Shown here: in pieces, positions 37,075 to 45,889 of the stretch | Layout of the letters: each line of letters starts with the position of its first letter | Numbering within the stretch: the stretch's first letter is position 1 | Source of the DNA: a virus | Lineage: Duplodnaviria > Caudoviricetes | Length of the DNA stretch: 54,767 bases | Reading direction: 5' to 3' (one strand) | IMG/VR virus record: IMGVR_UViG_3300020042_011315 | Coordinates: 1-54,767 of that record | Notes under the pieces: generated by a model | What the model saw: the letters and a program-made list of their open reading frames with translations, nothing else | What the model was told of the DNA's origin: nothing | Database searches by the model: none | Program-made: the position numbers and the translations under genes

Positions 37075-38154
37075 TTAAGCGCGAGCGCCTGCAATCAGTC
37101 CTGGGGGCTGCGTCATGGTCACCGCGTTGGGATTGACGTTGACTTGCGGGGTGTTGAACTGCGCTTTTAGGTTTGCATTGAGCTGCGCAACGCGAGCGGC
37201 TTGAAGCGCGGTGTCGCGATTTGTTTTGTCTGCAACGGAATTGCGATAGGCCGCATCCGCAGTTAATTGGTCTTTTTGTGCGGCCGACTTACCGGTAGCC
37301 ATATCCATGACACCCGTTGCCACGCCCGATCCCGCTTGCCCCAGCACCATGGCAGCCATTGGATTTACCTTAGCAAAACTCAATGCTTCATCAATAAGAC
37401 CTGTAGGTGCTGTGGCCGTGTTAATGCTAATTGGATTTGCTGGCGTTGCCCCTGGCATTTTTATTCCACTTGCGGCATTGCCTTCTAAACCTGGGGCTGC
37501 TGGAGCCATTGGTCGAGCCATGTCTTGAAGGTTGTAACTCGGATTTACCGCAGTATCTAAATTAGCACTCGTTACAGGGCTAGCTACCGGTGGTGGCGTG
37601 TTTAGATTAGTCGCAACATTATTTGTACCGGAAGTCGCTTCTTTGAGCGTTGTTTCAGCAGGGTTAACGCCGCCTTCGGCTAAATTGCCAGAGGCAGGCG
37701 CAGGGGTAGCGTTAGCTGCTGGCGCATTTGTAAGCGCATTCGCTGCCGTAGAAGCATCGGGTGTTGGAGTAAATGCTTCTGAAAAAGTCTGATTGAAACC
37801 CGTGCCGGCATCAGACATATAACCACCAATACCCCCGCCTATGGTTAGGGCTGTTCCTAAGACCATTAAATCATTGTTGCCCGTGACATTTCCAACTAGG
37901 CTCAGCGCACCGCCGGCAAACATCAATCCTTGAGCAATCGATAAACCGGCAACTGCTGCGCCAAATGTGGCCCCTGCAGTCATCGCTCCTGCAACTGCAA
38001 CTCCCGCTCCATACATAGAGTAAATAGAAATGGCGGCAGACACTGGGTCGCGCCGCTCACCATAAGCAGGTCCACCAAATGGGTCCCCAATAGGATGGTC
38101 AAGCGACATCGTTTTGGTCATCGCTCTACTGAGATAGGTTTTTTCAAATTTCAT
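37075..38154 (-). CDS. Internal virion / DNA-transfer protein with hydrophobic Gly/Ala N-terminal region
   Basis: Gly/Ala-rich membrane-like segments; position after the GNAT-like gene. Confidence 0.7.
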   Translation of the reverse strand: MKFEKTYLSRAMTKTMSLDHPIGDPFGGPAYGERRDPVSAAISIYSMYGAGVAVAGAMTAGATFGAAVAGLSIAQGLMFAGGALSLVGNVTGNNDLMVLGTALTIGGGIGGYMSDAGTGFNQTFSEAFTPTPDASTAANALTNAPAANATPAPASGNLAEGGVNPAETTLKEATSGTNNVATNLNTPPPVASPVTSANLDTAVNPSYNLQDMARPMAPAAPGLEGNAASGIKMPGATPANPISINTATAPTGLIDEALSFAKVNPMAAMVLGQAGSGVATGVMDMATGKSAAQKDQLTADAAYRNSVADKTNRDTALQAARVAQLNANLKAQFNTPQVNVNPNAVTMTQPPGLIAGARA

Positions 38155-38516
38155 TTTGTTTTCCTCGAAAATGGAAGCTCCGCTAATAAGTAGTACTCAA
38201 ATTTCTCGTCTGACCAGGTTGGCTCAAAACCAATACGCTGCACAAATCGCTGCTCTAACTTGCGGCCATGCGCGACTCGTGTGGTTAAAAATCCATAGCG
38301 CTCAAACAGCGGCTTGATGAACTCTCGCGTGCGCGTGCGCAAGACCGTGCGCAGCCGGTGGTCGCTGACAATTGCAAAATGGATCTCTGAGCCTTTAAGA
38401 AGCGCCGTGCAAACGTGGACGCCGTTGATAAAACCAGGCGCCGCATCCCAAGATGCAAACGCCTCAACCTCTTCGGCCAAACTCGTGATCGGCCTCAGAA
38501 GCTCTTGTCGGTTCAT
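38151..38516 (-). CDS. GNAT-fold-like virion assembly protein (P22 gp14 / T7 gp13-like position)
   Basis: EIHFA...LTTRV...RFVQRIGF motif. Confidence 0.6.
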   Translation of the reverse strand: MNRQELLRPITSLAEEVEAFASWDAAPGFINGVHVCTALLKGSEIHFAIVSDHRLRTVLRTRTREFIKPLFERYGFLTTRVAHGRKLEQRFVQRIGFEPTWSDEKFEYYLLAELPFSRKTK

Positions 38517-39571
38517 TAGAAAGTGATTAAGTCTTTAAGGCCCGCGACGTTTGTGTTGAGCGCGTCTAACACTGCCATGCCAGACTGCAAGTTTTTAAGC
38601 TGAGTATTTGTGCCCGAGCTGATTGCACCCGCGTCTAAATCTGGATTCATCACCAAGTCGTTAATATTTTTGATCGCTTGGATATACAGGTCTGATGCAC
38701 TGGCCGAAGTCTGCATAAGCTGCTTGAACTGCGCCTCAGTTGCGGCCAGACTGGTACGAGTAGTCGCATCGATTTGCTGCAACTGAATCTTGGTCTGGTT
38801 GTCTGCGCTGGCCATGGTCGCTTTGAAAGAGTTGTCCAGTTGCTGGATCACCAGCTTGTTCTGGGTCTCTGCCGATGCCAGGTTAGATTGCTGCTGGCGC
38901 TGGGCGTTGGCTTCGTTTTGACTGTTTTGCTGGGCTGCATTGAATTGGCTGTTTTGCAATCCGCTGGTTGCGTTGAACTTAGAGGTATCAGTTAAAGCCC
39001 CAGCATTGAATTGCGATGCCTGGTTTGCAGCTTGTTGATTTTGAAGCGCAGTTTGATTAGCAGCCGCCGTATTAAATTGTTGAGCTTGGTTTTGTGCAGA
39101 GGTATTGAATTGACCAGCTTGGTTAGCCGCGGTGGCATTGAACTCTCCGCTGCGCCCGTACATCGAGGCATCTTGCTGCGCGATAGGCAGCGCATTTTTC
39201 ATCACCGCATCTTGCCCAGCTCCAACGGCCATGCTCGAGTTGATAAGCCCGCGCTGGTTCATCTGCTGCAGCGCACCAGTCTTGGCTTGCTGCATCAGCG
39301 GGGAGTCGGCCGCGATGACGCTGTTGATCTGCCCCTGCACCGTTTGGTTGGGGTCTATGTTCCATTTAGTCGGGTCATACGTACTCGCGCCATAAGAATT
39401 GGCAGCAGAGGACGTTGAGTCATAGGTAGAAGTTGTGGCCGGTGCGAACGCGCCATTAGCAGCGGTCGTGTTTGTTGCGACAGTTGGCGTTATAGAAGCA
39501 GTTGCCGCATTAGTTGCCAGGGTCTTTGTGGGATCGGGCGCAGCGATATCAAAAGGATTTGTGGTTGCCAT
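38516..39571 (-). CDS. Internal virion protein with QFN repeats
   Basis: MNQRGLINSS motif; repeated ANQAxQFN; GGAG RBS before 39571. Confidence 0.75.
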   Translation of the reverse strand: MATTNPFDIAAPDPTKTLATNAATASITPTVATNTTAANGAFAPATTSTYDSTSSAANSYGASTYDPTKWNIDPNQTVQGQINSVIAADSPLMQQAKTGALQQMNQRGLINSSMAVGAGQDAVMKNALPIAQQDASMYGRSGEFNATAANQAGQFNTSAQNQAQQFNTAAANQTALQNQQAANQASQFNAGALTDTSKFNATSGLQNSQFNAAQQNSQNEANAQRQQQSNLASAETQNKLVIQQLDNSFKATMASADNQTKIQLQQIDATTRTSLAATEAQFKQLMQTSASASDLYIQAIKNINDLVMNPDLDAGAISSGTNTQLKNLQSGMAVLDALNTNVAGLKDLITF

Positions 39572-39588
39572 TTCAACTCCAGAAATAG

Positions 39589-39615
39589 AAAAAGCCACTT
39601 AAAGAAGTGGCTTTT
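39589..39615. terminator. Bidirectional-type intrinsic terminator
   Basis: AAAAGCCACTT-aaag-AAGTGGCTTTT. Confidence 0.75.
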
Positions 39616-39700
39616 AGTTGGGCGTGGTAGCCCGTGAAAAAGATTTCATGACACAGCGCAAGCTTTGTCATCAAAGATTGCTTGGGGTTAGGCTAAGCAA

Positions 39701-40129
39701 TCAAGCAAAAGGTCGAGCGCCATTTTTATCAATGATGAGCGCTTGCTTGCGGGCAAGCAGCTCGGCGGTATTGGGAACGCTGATGTGCGTCCAAGAATCA
39801 AACTCTCTAATGATCTGGTCATACGGCAAACCTGCTGCGATGATGGTTTTAACCACCTCGTTGGGCGCCATACCAGGGACGCGAAAATCGCAAGCTGCTC
39901 CGACCCGGTGCTGGCTCGAGTCCTTGCTTCCCACCGAATCATTCACGGCCTTAGAGCGATACCCTGAATTGATCATCACCGGCTTGCCTCCCAGCGCGAT
40001 CTTGACGCTCTCCAGAAAAGTGGCCAGTCTGATGAGGTTAGCGCGCTCAGCCTCATTGGGGGTGTTATCAAACTCCCGGTGGCTAGTTACCGTTAGCTCT
40101 TCAAGTGTGAAGTGTTCTGTAAGATTCAT
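39701..40129 (-). CDS. Endolysin, peptidase M15A (D-Ala-D-Ala carboxypeptidase family)
   Basis: HFTLEEL, INSGYRS..VN..VG...SQH..G.ACD, WTHIS zinc-binding motifs. Confidence 0.9.
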   Translation of the reverse strand: MNLTEHFTLEELTVTSHREFDNTPNEAERANLIRLATFLESVKIALGGKPVMINSGYRSKAVNDSVGSKDSSQHRVGAACDFRVPGMAPNEVVKTIIAAGLPYDQIIREFDSWTHISVPNTAELLARKQALIIDKNGARPFA

Positions 40130-40581
40130 TTTTTGGTCTTCATTGCAATAATGTTCTCGAGCGTCTTACCACCAAAGTAAGCTGACATGATCAGCATCCC
40201 CCACTGCCCCAACAAATTGACATACGCCTCATTGGCATTCATGCCAAAGGCTGACATCAAGGCAAAGAGGAAGTAACCGACAAAGATTGCGACAAGTGAC
40301 AGCGGCCGGATGTTTTTGTTGAGCCACCCGTCGGTGTTGTTATCCGATTGCCAGCGAGCGGTGACGTTGGCCTGCTCAACGCGGTACTCTTCTAAGTTGA
40401 GTTCGGCCAGCTTTTGTGCTGCGGTCGGGTCACCGGCAATAGCCTTGGCGACTTCTTCCACCGTGTCGGTGACTCCGAACTTAGCGGCCAGCGCAGAGAC
40501 GACGGCTCCACCAGCGGGGCCAGCTACCAAAGTAGCAATGCCAGGCGCTACATTTTTTAAGATATTGAGCAGTGAATCCAT
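40126..40581 (-). CDS. Holin, 3TM/GTA-like family
   Basis: APGIAT..GPAGG, ARW.SD, WLNKNIRP, AYFGG motifs; adjacent to the endolysin. Start MDSLLN. Confidence 0.75.
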   Translation of the reverse strand: MDSLLNILKNVAPGIATLVAGPAGGAVVSALAAKFGVTDTVEEVAKAIAGDPTAAQKLAELNLEEYRVEQANVTARWQSDNNTDGWLNKNIRPLSLVAIFVGYFLFALMSAFGMNANEAYVNLLGQWGMLIMSAYFGGKTLENIIAMKTKK

Positions 40582-40591
40582 AGTTTTGTTT

Positions 40592-40744
40592 TTATTTCTT
40601 ATCCGGCTTGGCTGTCTTAGCCGCTTGCTTAAAATTTTTAGTGGTTGGTGCGCCAGGCGTTCCTGGTTTACGCATTGCCTCGCCGATACCACTTTTGATT
40701 CTTTCGCGTTTAGCGGCGATGTTGGAATAAAGGCCAGGTTTCAT
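40592..40744 (-). CDS. Small basic conserved phage protein (50 aa)
   Basis: MKPGLYSNIAAKRERIKSG.GEAMRKPG..GAPT..FKQAAKTAK, a motif recurrent in aquatic podoviruses; GGAG RBS. Not in the ORF track. Confidence 0.7.
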   Translation of the reverse strand: MKPGLYSNIAAKRERIKSGIGEAMRKPGTPGAPTTKNFKQAAKTAKPDKK

Positions 40745-40788
40745 TTGAGTTTCTCCAGACGTAAAAAAAACCGCTTAAAGCGGGGCGG

Positions 40789-40956
40789 TTATTTAGATTC
40801 TTTTAATTCCTGTTTCAATTTACGCAATTCTTTTATTTCTTTTTTTAATTGCGCTTTCATGTAAAGCGTTTCGATGTATGCCATTGATGTGACGCCAACA
40901 ATAATACATAGTGCGGTACCGATCAGAACCCACCAGACAAGTTTTGTAGTGCCCAC
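40789..40956 (-). CDS. 55-aa TM plus coiled-coil protein
   Basis: MGTTKLVWWVLIGTALCIIVGVTSMAYIETLYMKAQLKKEIKELRKLKQELKESK; overlaps the upstream gene end. Confidence 0.55.
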   Translation of the reverse strand: MGTTKLVWWVLIGTALCIIVGVTSMAYIETLYMKAQLKKEIKELRKLKQELKESK

Positions 40957-41645
40957 ATGAACCATCCAAAAAATAATGAAATGAACACCACTGCAATACT
41001 TGCACTCATCAATTCAATTTGTCGGATTTCTTTTTGCTCTTGTCTCCAGCGTGCCAGCCTCGCTCTGCGCATCATCTCTGCTTTAGCCCATGTTTGCTCA
41101 CGCTCGATCTGGCCATGCATTTTTAGAAATCTGCTGTACAAGTCCTTGAGTTCAAGGGGCGCGTAAACCATGGCCTCTCGGGTCTGTTCCATGAGTTTTT
41201 CAAGTTGCAATTCAATCAACGCTCGCTCGATCGCTTTTCTGCTGTTGTTTTGCGTTGGGTCGTAGTTTCTTTTGGACTCTTCTTCAAGCTCTTCGTAGAA
41301 CGTATTGATTTGCTGCTGGGTATCGAAGAGGACTCCGATGTTTTCTCCAACGCTTTTGATGAGCTCGAGCTCAAGCTGTTCATAGGACTGCTGCTTAGCT
41401 GCGGTTGGTTTTGACTTAACAACTGCTTTTGCAAGAGGTTTTGAAACTTCATGCGAAGGTTTGGTAACAAAAAGACCAATGACCCAGTCAACGAATCCCC
41501 TAACCGCTTTAACATCTGCTATCGCTCCATTAATAGTTTTTTTGGCCGACTCCAACTGGATACGGCCAACGTGCAAGAAATCGCACCCCTGCTTGATTGC
41601 ACTAACTGCAGTTTGTGCCAAAAGTAGGAGAGAAAAAGGGTCCAC
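40923..41645 (-). CDS. Coiled-coil protein with C-terminal TM (lysis-region hypothetical)
   Basis: MDPFSLL...AIKQGC start; C-terminal hydrophobic helix. Confidence 0.75.
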   Translation of the reverse strand: MDPFSLLLLAQTAVSAIKQGCDFLHVGRIQLESAKKTINGAIADVKAVRGFVDWVIGLFVTKPSHEVSKPLAKAVVKSKPTAAKQQSYEQLELELIKSVGENIGVLFDTQQQINTFYEELEEESKRNYDPTQNNSRKAIERALIELQLEKLMEQTREAMVYAPLELKDLYSRFLKMHGQIEREQTWAKAEMMRRARLARWRQEQKEIRQIELMSASIAVVFISLFFGWFMWALQNLSGGF

Positions 41646-41647
41646 AT

Positions 41648-41842
41648 TTAGATACCCAGCATCTTCTTAACAAACTCAGCAGCAACGCCGGGGCCAAACA
41701 GCACAGCCAGAATCACACCATACAAGATGTACTCAATGCGAGCCATCTTTTCTCTACCGTTATCTAAGCGCTCAGAGATAACTCGATACCGTTCTGAGCA
41801 AACGGCTTCGTGAACGGCAAAGTCTTTTTCTAGGTCAGACAT
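41648..41842 (-). CDS. Small membrane protein (XhlA/holin-like)
   Basis: HEAVCSERY coiled coil followed by a TM helix. Confidence 0.7.
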   Translation of the reverse strand: MSDLEKDFAVHEAVCSERYRVISERLDNGREKMARIEYILYGVILAVLFGPGVAAEFVKKMLGI

Positions 41843-41845
41843 TAT

Positions 41846-42931
41846 TTATGCTGGGTAAATGGTTGGGCCATAAGCAACATCTAACCAAGTCAGATTATTT
41901 ATTGACCTAGAAGTCCAATTGATGCCGTCAGTTGAAGTAGCGCATTTTGTTTGAGTTGCATGGGAATAACCCACTGCAACGTAGGTCCCGTTTCCAAATG
42001 CAAGTGATTTCCACTGGCCTTGAGGCATAGTTCTTTGAGTCCACGTTGAGCCATTAGGGCTGGTCGCAGCAAAAGTTGAATTGATGCCACCAATAGCAAC
42101 AAATTGGTTATTTCCAAAAACAATGCCATTCCATGGAAAAGTTGGCATAAATCCAGCTGTCCAAGTTATTCCGTCTGTCGAGTAATTGTAGGAATCACCT
42201 CCCGCGGCAATTGCAACAAAACGCCCACCAGAACTACCTACACCGTAAGTAACATCAGACCAAGATGGATTGGTAGTCATTGTTCTATTGGTCCAAGTAA
42301 CACCATCAGTACTTGTCATCGCTGCCGCGTTAGAGTTAGAAACAGAAACAAATCTTCCATTACCCGACCACGTAGCATTCCAACTGGCACCTAAAGTTAC
42401 GGGGGTTCTTGTAGTCCAATTTATACCGTCAGTGCTACTCAAAGTGCCGTTGTTAACATCACCACCAACTGCCGCGTTAGCGGCAATCAAAACATACACC
42501 CCGTTATTTGCGTAACAACCCGTTATCCAAGCAGCCTGTATTGGAAGAGTTATTTGAGTCCAACTAATTCCATCGGAAGAGTAAGCTGCAATATTTGTAC
42601 TTCTTTTAGCGGCAATAAATTTACCATTCGTACCGCCACCCCAAAATATACAATTCCACCCTCCCGCAGATGGCCAAGCACCCAACGTCCAAGTGCTGCC
42701 ATTGTCATTTGAGTAAGCAGGGTTTGCGTTTGACAATGCAACGAAACGAGAAATTGCATTGCTTTTACCGCTCAGATTCGTTATTGCAATTTGCGCTGGG
42801 CTTGCTCCTACCCCTGCTAATGTCCGGACATTTGAGTCATTTAGTGAAACTACAGCAGTTGATGATTTTGTTAACTCAGTATTGATCTGAGAGAACGACA
42901 TAGGATTTGCTGGTACTACTGGTAAGGTCAT
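41846..42931 (-). CDS. Tail-fibre tip adhesin with Asp-box/BNR-like beta-propeller
   Basis: MTLP...MSFSQINTEL fibre-binding N-terminus; repeated S-x-DG-x-x-W-T motifs. Confidence 0.75.
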   Translation of the reverse strand: MTLPVVPANPMSFSQINTELTKSSTAVVSLNDSNVRTLAGVGASPAQIAITNLSGKSNAISRFVALSNANPAYSNDNGSTWTLGAWPSAGGWNCIFWGGGTNGKFIAAKRSTNIAAYSSDGISWTQITLPIQAAWITGCYANNGVYVLIAANAAVGGDVNNGTLSSTDGINWTTRTPVTLGASWNATWSGNGRFVSVSNSNAAAMTSTDGVTWTNRTMTTNPSWSDVTYGVGSSGGRFVAIAAGGDSYNYSTDGITWTAGFMPTFPWNGIVFGNNQFVAIGGINSTFAATSPNGSTWTQRTMPQGQWKSLAFGNGTYVAVGYSHATQTKCATSTDGINWTSRSINNLTWLDVAYGPTIYPA

Positions 42932-42934
42932 ATA

Positions 42935-45889
42935 TCAACCTTGTCGCGACTCAATACGGTCTAATCGTTCTAGCATTTCAGCTATGGCGGGAAATGCAAG
43001 AACTCCTAATTTTTCGTAATCAACTGCAAGCGTCCCATCTGGTTTTATACGCACGGCTTTTGGAAATACTTTTTGAACTTTTTGAGCAATGACACCAAAG
43101 TCTGATTTTTGAATAAAGTAGCCGTCCTCACCACCGTGCTCGGTAATGTAATCATCCGTCCAGTCAAAGTAGTCGGCACCTATTAATCGAACAATCTCAG
43201 ATGCGTTTTTGATAGGTTTAATATTTTCTTTAAATTTAATGTCCGAGGTGTAATAAGCAGTGATGTTATTTGTTGCGCGAATTTCACCTGCAGTTGCTGA
43301 ACCGGCTGTACCCACACCTAGTGAGTTAAATTGCACATTTGATGAAGTTGCAACAGCTTGACCAATACTTAGTGTTACTGCACCCGTTGCTCCAGAGACT
43401 GAAACTCCTGTCCCCGCTACAGCACTGGTAACGCCCGTATTGGCCAAGGTAATTGAACCTCCCCCGTTTGTTACTGAAACGCCTGTGCCCGCAGTCAGTG
43501 AGCTTCTTGTAAATCCTATTCCATTACCAATATCAATTTGCCCATTCGTTGGTGCTGTCGTTAATCCGTTACCGCCATTAGCGATTGGTAGAGCACCAGT
43601 AATAAGAGTTGTAGGTATTGAGCCTGTAGTTAAAGTTCCAACTCCAGTAACTCCGGTATATGAGCCAGACAATCTACCTGTCGGTAAGGTGCCTGAGTCT
43701 AAATCTGTTGCGGAGCCAGATGAAGCTACTGTTACAAGACCGAGGTTCGTGCGTGCTGATGAAGTAGAGACAACATCAGATAAATTATTCGCTGATGCTA
43801 AGTACCCTGAGCCTGACACATAGGCTGCAACCCAAGCGGCACCTGTATAAACCTTCATTGCCCCTGAACCGGAATTAAAGTACAACGATCCAGCCACTAA
43901 TGGATTACCGTCGTTATCTACTGTTGGATCAGATGTTTTAGAGCCTAGATACCGATCATCGAAATTATCATAGGCACTTAATGTTGCGTCTCTCGCTGCT
44001 TCAGCAGCAGTCTGTGCATTACCAGCCGCTGTAGCTGATGCGGCCGCCGCAGTTGCGCTAGTAGAAGCATTACTTGCTTGAGTAGTCGCCGTGCTTGCAC
44101 TACTAGTCGCACTGGTTGCTTGTGTACTAGCTGTCGTAGCGCTAGTCGAGGCATTGCTCGCTTGAGTGGTTGCCGTACCCGCAGAGGTCGATGCTGAAGC
44201 GGCCGAGGCGGCTGCGTTTGTAGCGCTTGTGCCCGCATTTGTTGCGCTTGTACCCGCGCTCGTCGATGAGGCCAAAGCACTTGTCTCCGAAGCTGCCGCA
44301 TTAGTCGCACTTGTACCGGCACTTACAGATGACCCAGAGGCACTTGATGCCGAGCTTGCCGCATTCGTTGCACTTGTAGCAGCCGCCGTAGCAGATGTCG
44401 CCGCCGCTGTAGCACTTCCCAATATCCCATCAACATAAATCTTTGTTGCTGCATCTTGGTTGGTTGTCGGATCGCCCATTCCTGTGATCTTGCTCGTGCC
44501 CATCGCAATCGCGCCAGACATCGTGCCGCCAGACAAATTCAATTTCAACGCTAGGGCAGTATCAACCTGAGTGGTTGTATAAGCGTTACTGATGTTGTAC
44601 CCAGCCAATGTTGTTGGATTAGTTCCAGCAGTGACCCGGCCGTAAGTGTCCACCGTCATTGATTGATAGGTTGCAGCGCTTACGCCAGTGGTAGCTAAGT
44701 CAATGTCGTTAGCGTTCACAACAATGCGGCTGCTTGATGCCGTTCCGACATCAATAGTGTTACCAGTTTTGGTTAAGCCCAAGCCGGCAGTGATCTGCCC
44801 TGCTCCTGAGAACTGTGTCCAAGTAATTGCTGTTGTTCCAAGCGTTCCACCGGCCGCAACCGTGCAGACATAACCGTTGTTTGCGTTAAGCGTGCCAACT
44901 TCAACAAACACAAACGCTGCAGGCAGTTCAGTCCAGGCATCCGCGTCAGTTGTGCGCGTCCAAGTGCTAGCCGCACACAAGTAAATTCCGTTGTTGGCCG
45001 TTGTGGTTTGGTCCTTGACCAGCACGCGGTCGCCAGCAACAACCGCAATACCGTCGATCGTCTGCGCACCTGATAAAGTGATGTTGGCCGTTGTCGCAAC
45101 TCGGCAAGACGCCTTGGCATCTAAGCCTTGAGATACCGTATCGACATACGACTTAGTTGCAACATCCTGAGCTGCTGTCGGATCACCTACACCCGTAATT
45201 TTTGATGTACCCATTGCGATAGCGCCGGACATCGTGCCACCAGTCAAGCTCAATTTAAGCGCTAGACCCGTATCGGTGTAGTTTTTAGTTGCCGCGTCTT
45301 GAGCTAAGGTGGGTTCACCCAGGCCAGTAATTTTGGACGTGCCCATCGCAATAGCGCCGGACATGGTGATGGCCGCAAAGGTCGATGTGCCACTTGACAC
45401 TACGTTGCCAGTCAAATTTCCCGCGACATTACCCGTCACATTGCCGGTCAGATTCCCTGTGACGTTACCCACAAGCGCGCCAGTGAACCCAGAGCTGGCG
45501 CTTAAGGTGGTAAATGCACCAGCGGCCGGCGTCGTGCCCCCAATAATTGTGTTGTTCATCACACCGCCAGCAATAGTGACCGAGCTTCCCAAAGTAGCTG
45601 CCCCGCTTGAGACGATTAACCCTGCAAACCTACCCGTTGAAGCCGTTGTTGCTCCTACAGGCGTGCTGTCAATTGAGCTAGATGTAATTGCTAGTGACTG
45701 CAAGGCAGCTGAAGCGGTCAGTGCCGTACCAGCAGAGTTAACCATCGCCACCTTATAGCCATTGCTCGCCAGCGTAGGTAGCAAGCTAAATCCCGTCGTA
45801 ATCGATTCCAGCTCAAGGCGCAATGTCGCCGACGATCCTGGTGAGTTTGGGGTTGGGTACGTAGTGTGGTTGTAATAACTGTTGCTCAT
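42935..45889 (-). CDS. Tail fibre with C-terminal intramolecular chaperone (peptidase S74-like)
   Basis: Three GGTMSGAIAMGTSKITG.G.PT..QD.ATK.Y repeats; SATxA coiled repeats; SDIKFKENI...GVIAQ...VDYEKL. Confidence 0.85.
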   Translation of the reverse strand: MSNSYYNHTTYPTPNSPGSSATLRLELESITTGFSLLPTLASNGYKVAMVNSAGTALTASAALQSLAITSSSIDSTPVGATTASTGRFAGLIVSSGAATLGSSVTIAGGVMNNTIIGGTTPAAGAFTTLSASSGFTGALVGNVTGNLTGNVTGNVAGNLTGNVVSSGTSTFAAITMSGAIAMGTSKITGLGEPTLAQDAATKNYTDTGLALKLSLTGGTMSGAIAMGTSKITGVGDPTAAQDVATKSYVDTVSQGLDAKASCRVATTANITLSGAQTIDGIAVVAGDRVLVKDQTTTANNGIYLCAASTWTRTTDADAWTELPAAFVFVEVGTLNANNGYVCTVAAGGTLGTTAITWTQFSGAGQITAGLGLTKTGNTIDVGTASSSRIVVNANDIDLATTGVSAATYQSMTVDTYGRVTAGTNPTTLAGYNISNAYTTTQVDTALALKLNLSGGTMSGAIAMGTSKITGMGDPTTNQDAATKIYVDGILGSATAAATSATAAATSATNAASSASSASGSSVSAGTSATNAAASETSALASSTSAGTSATNAGTSATNAAASAASASTSAGTATTQASNASTSATTASTQATSATSSASTATTQASNASTSATAAAASATAAGNAQTAAEAARDATLSAYDNFDDRYLGSKTSDPTVDNDGNPLVAGSLYFNSGSGAMKVYTGAAWVAAYVSGSGYLASANNLSDVVSTSSARTNLGLVTVASSGSATDLDSGTLPTGRLSGSYTGVTGVGTLTTGSIPTTLITGALPIANGGNGLTTAPTNGQIDIGNGIGFTRSSLTAGTGVSVTNGGGSITLANTGVTSAVAGTGVSVSGATGAVTLSIGQAVATSSNVQFNSLGVGTAGSATAGEIRATNNITAYYTSDIKFKENIKPIKNASEIVRLIGADYFDWTDDYITEHGGEDGYFIQKSDFGVIAQKVQKVFPKAVRIKPDGTLAVDYEKLGVLAFPAIAEMLERLDRIESRQG

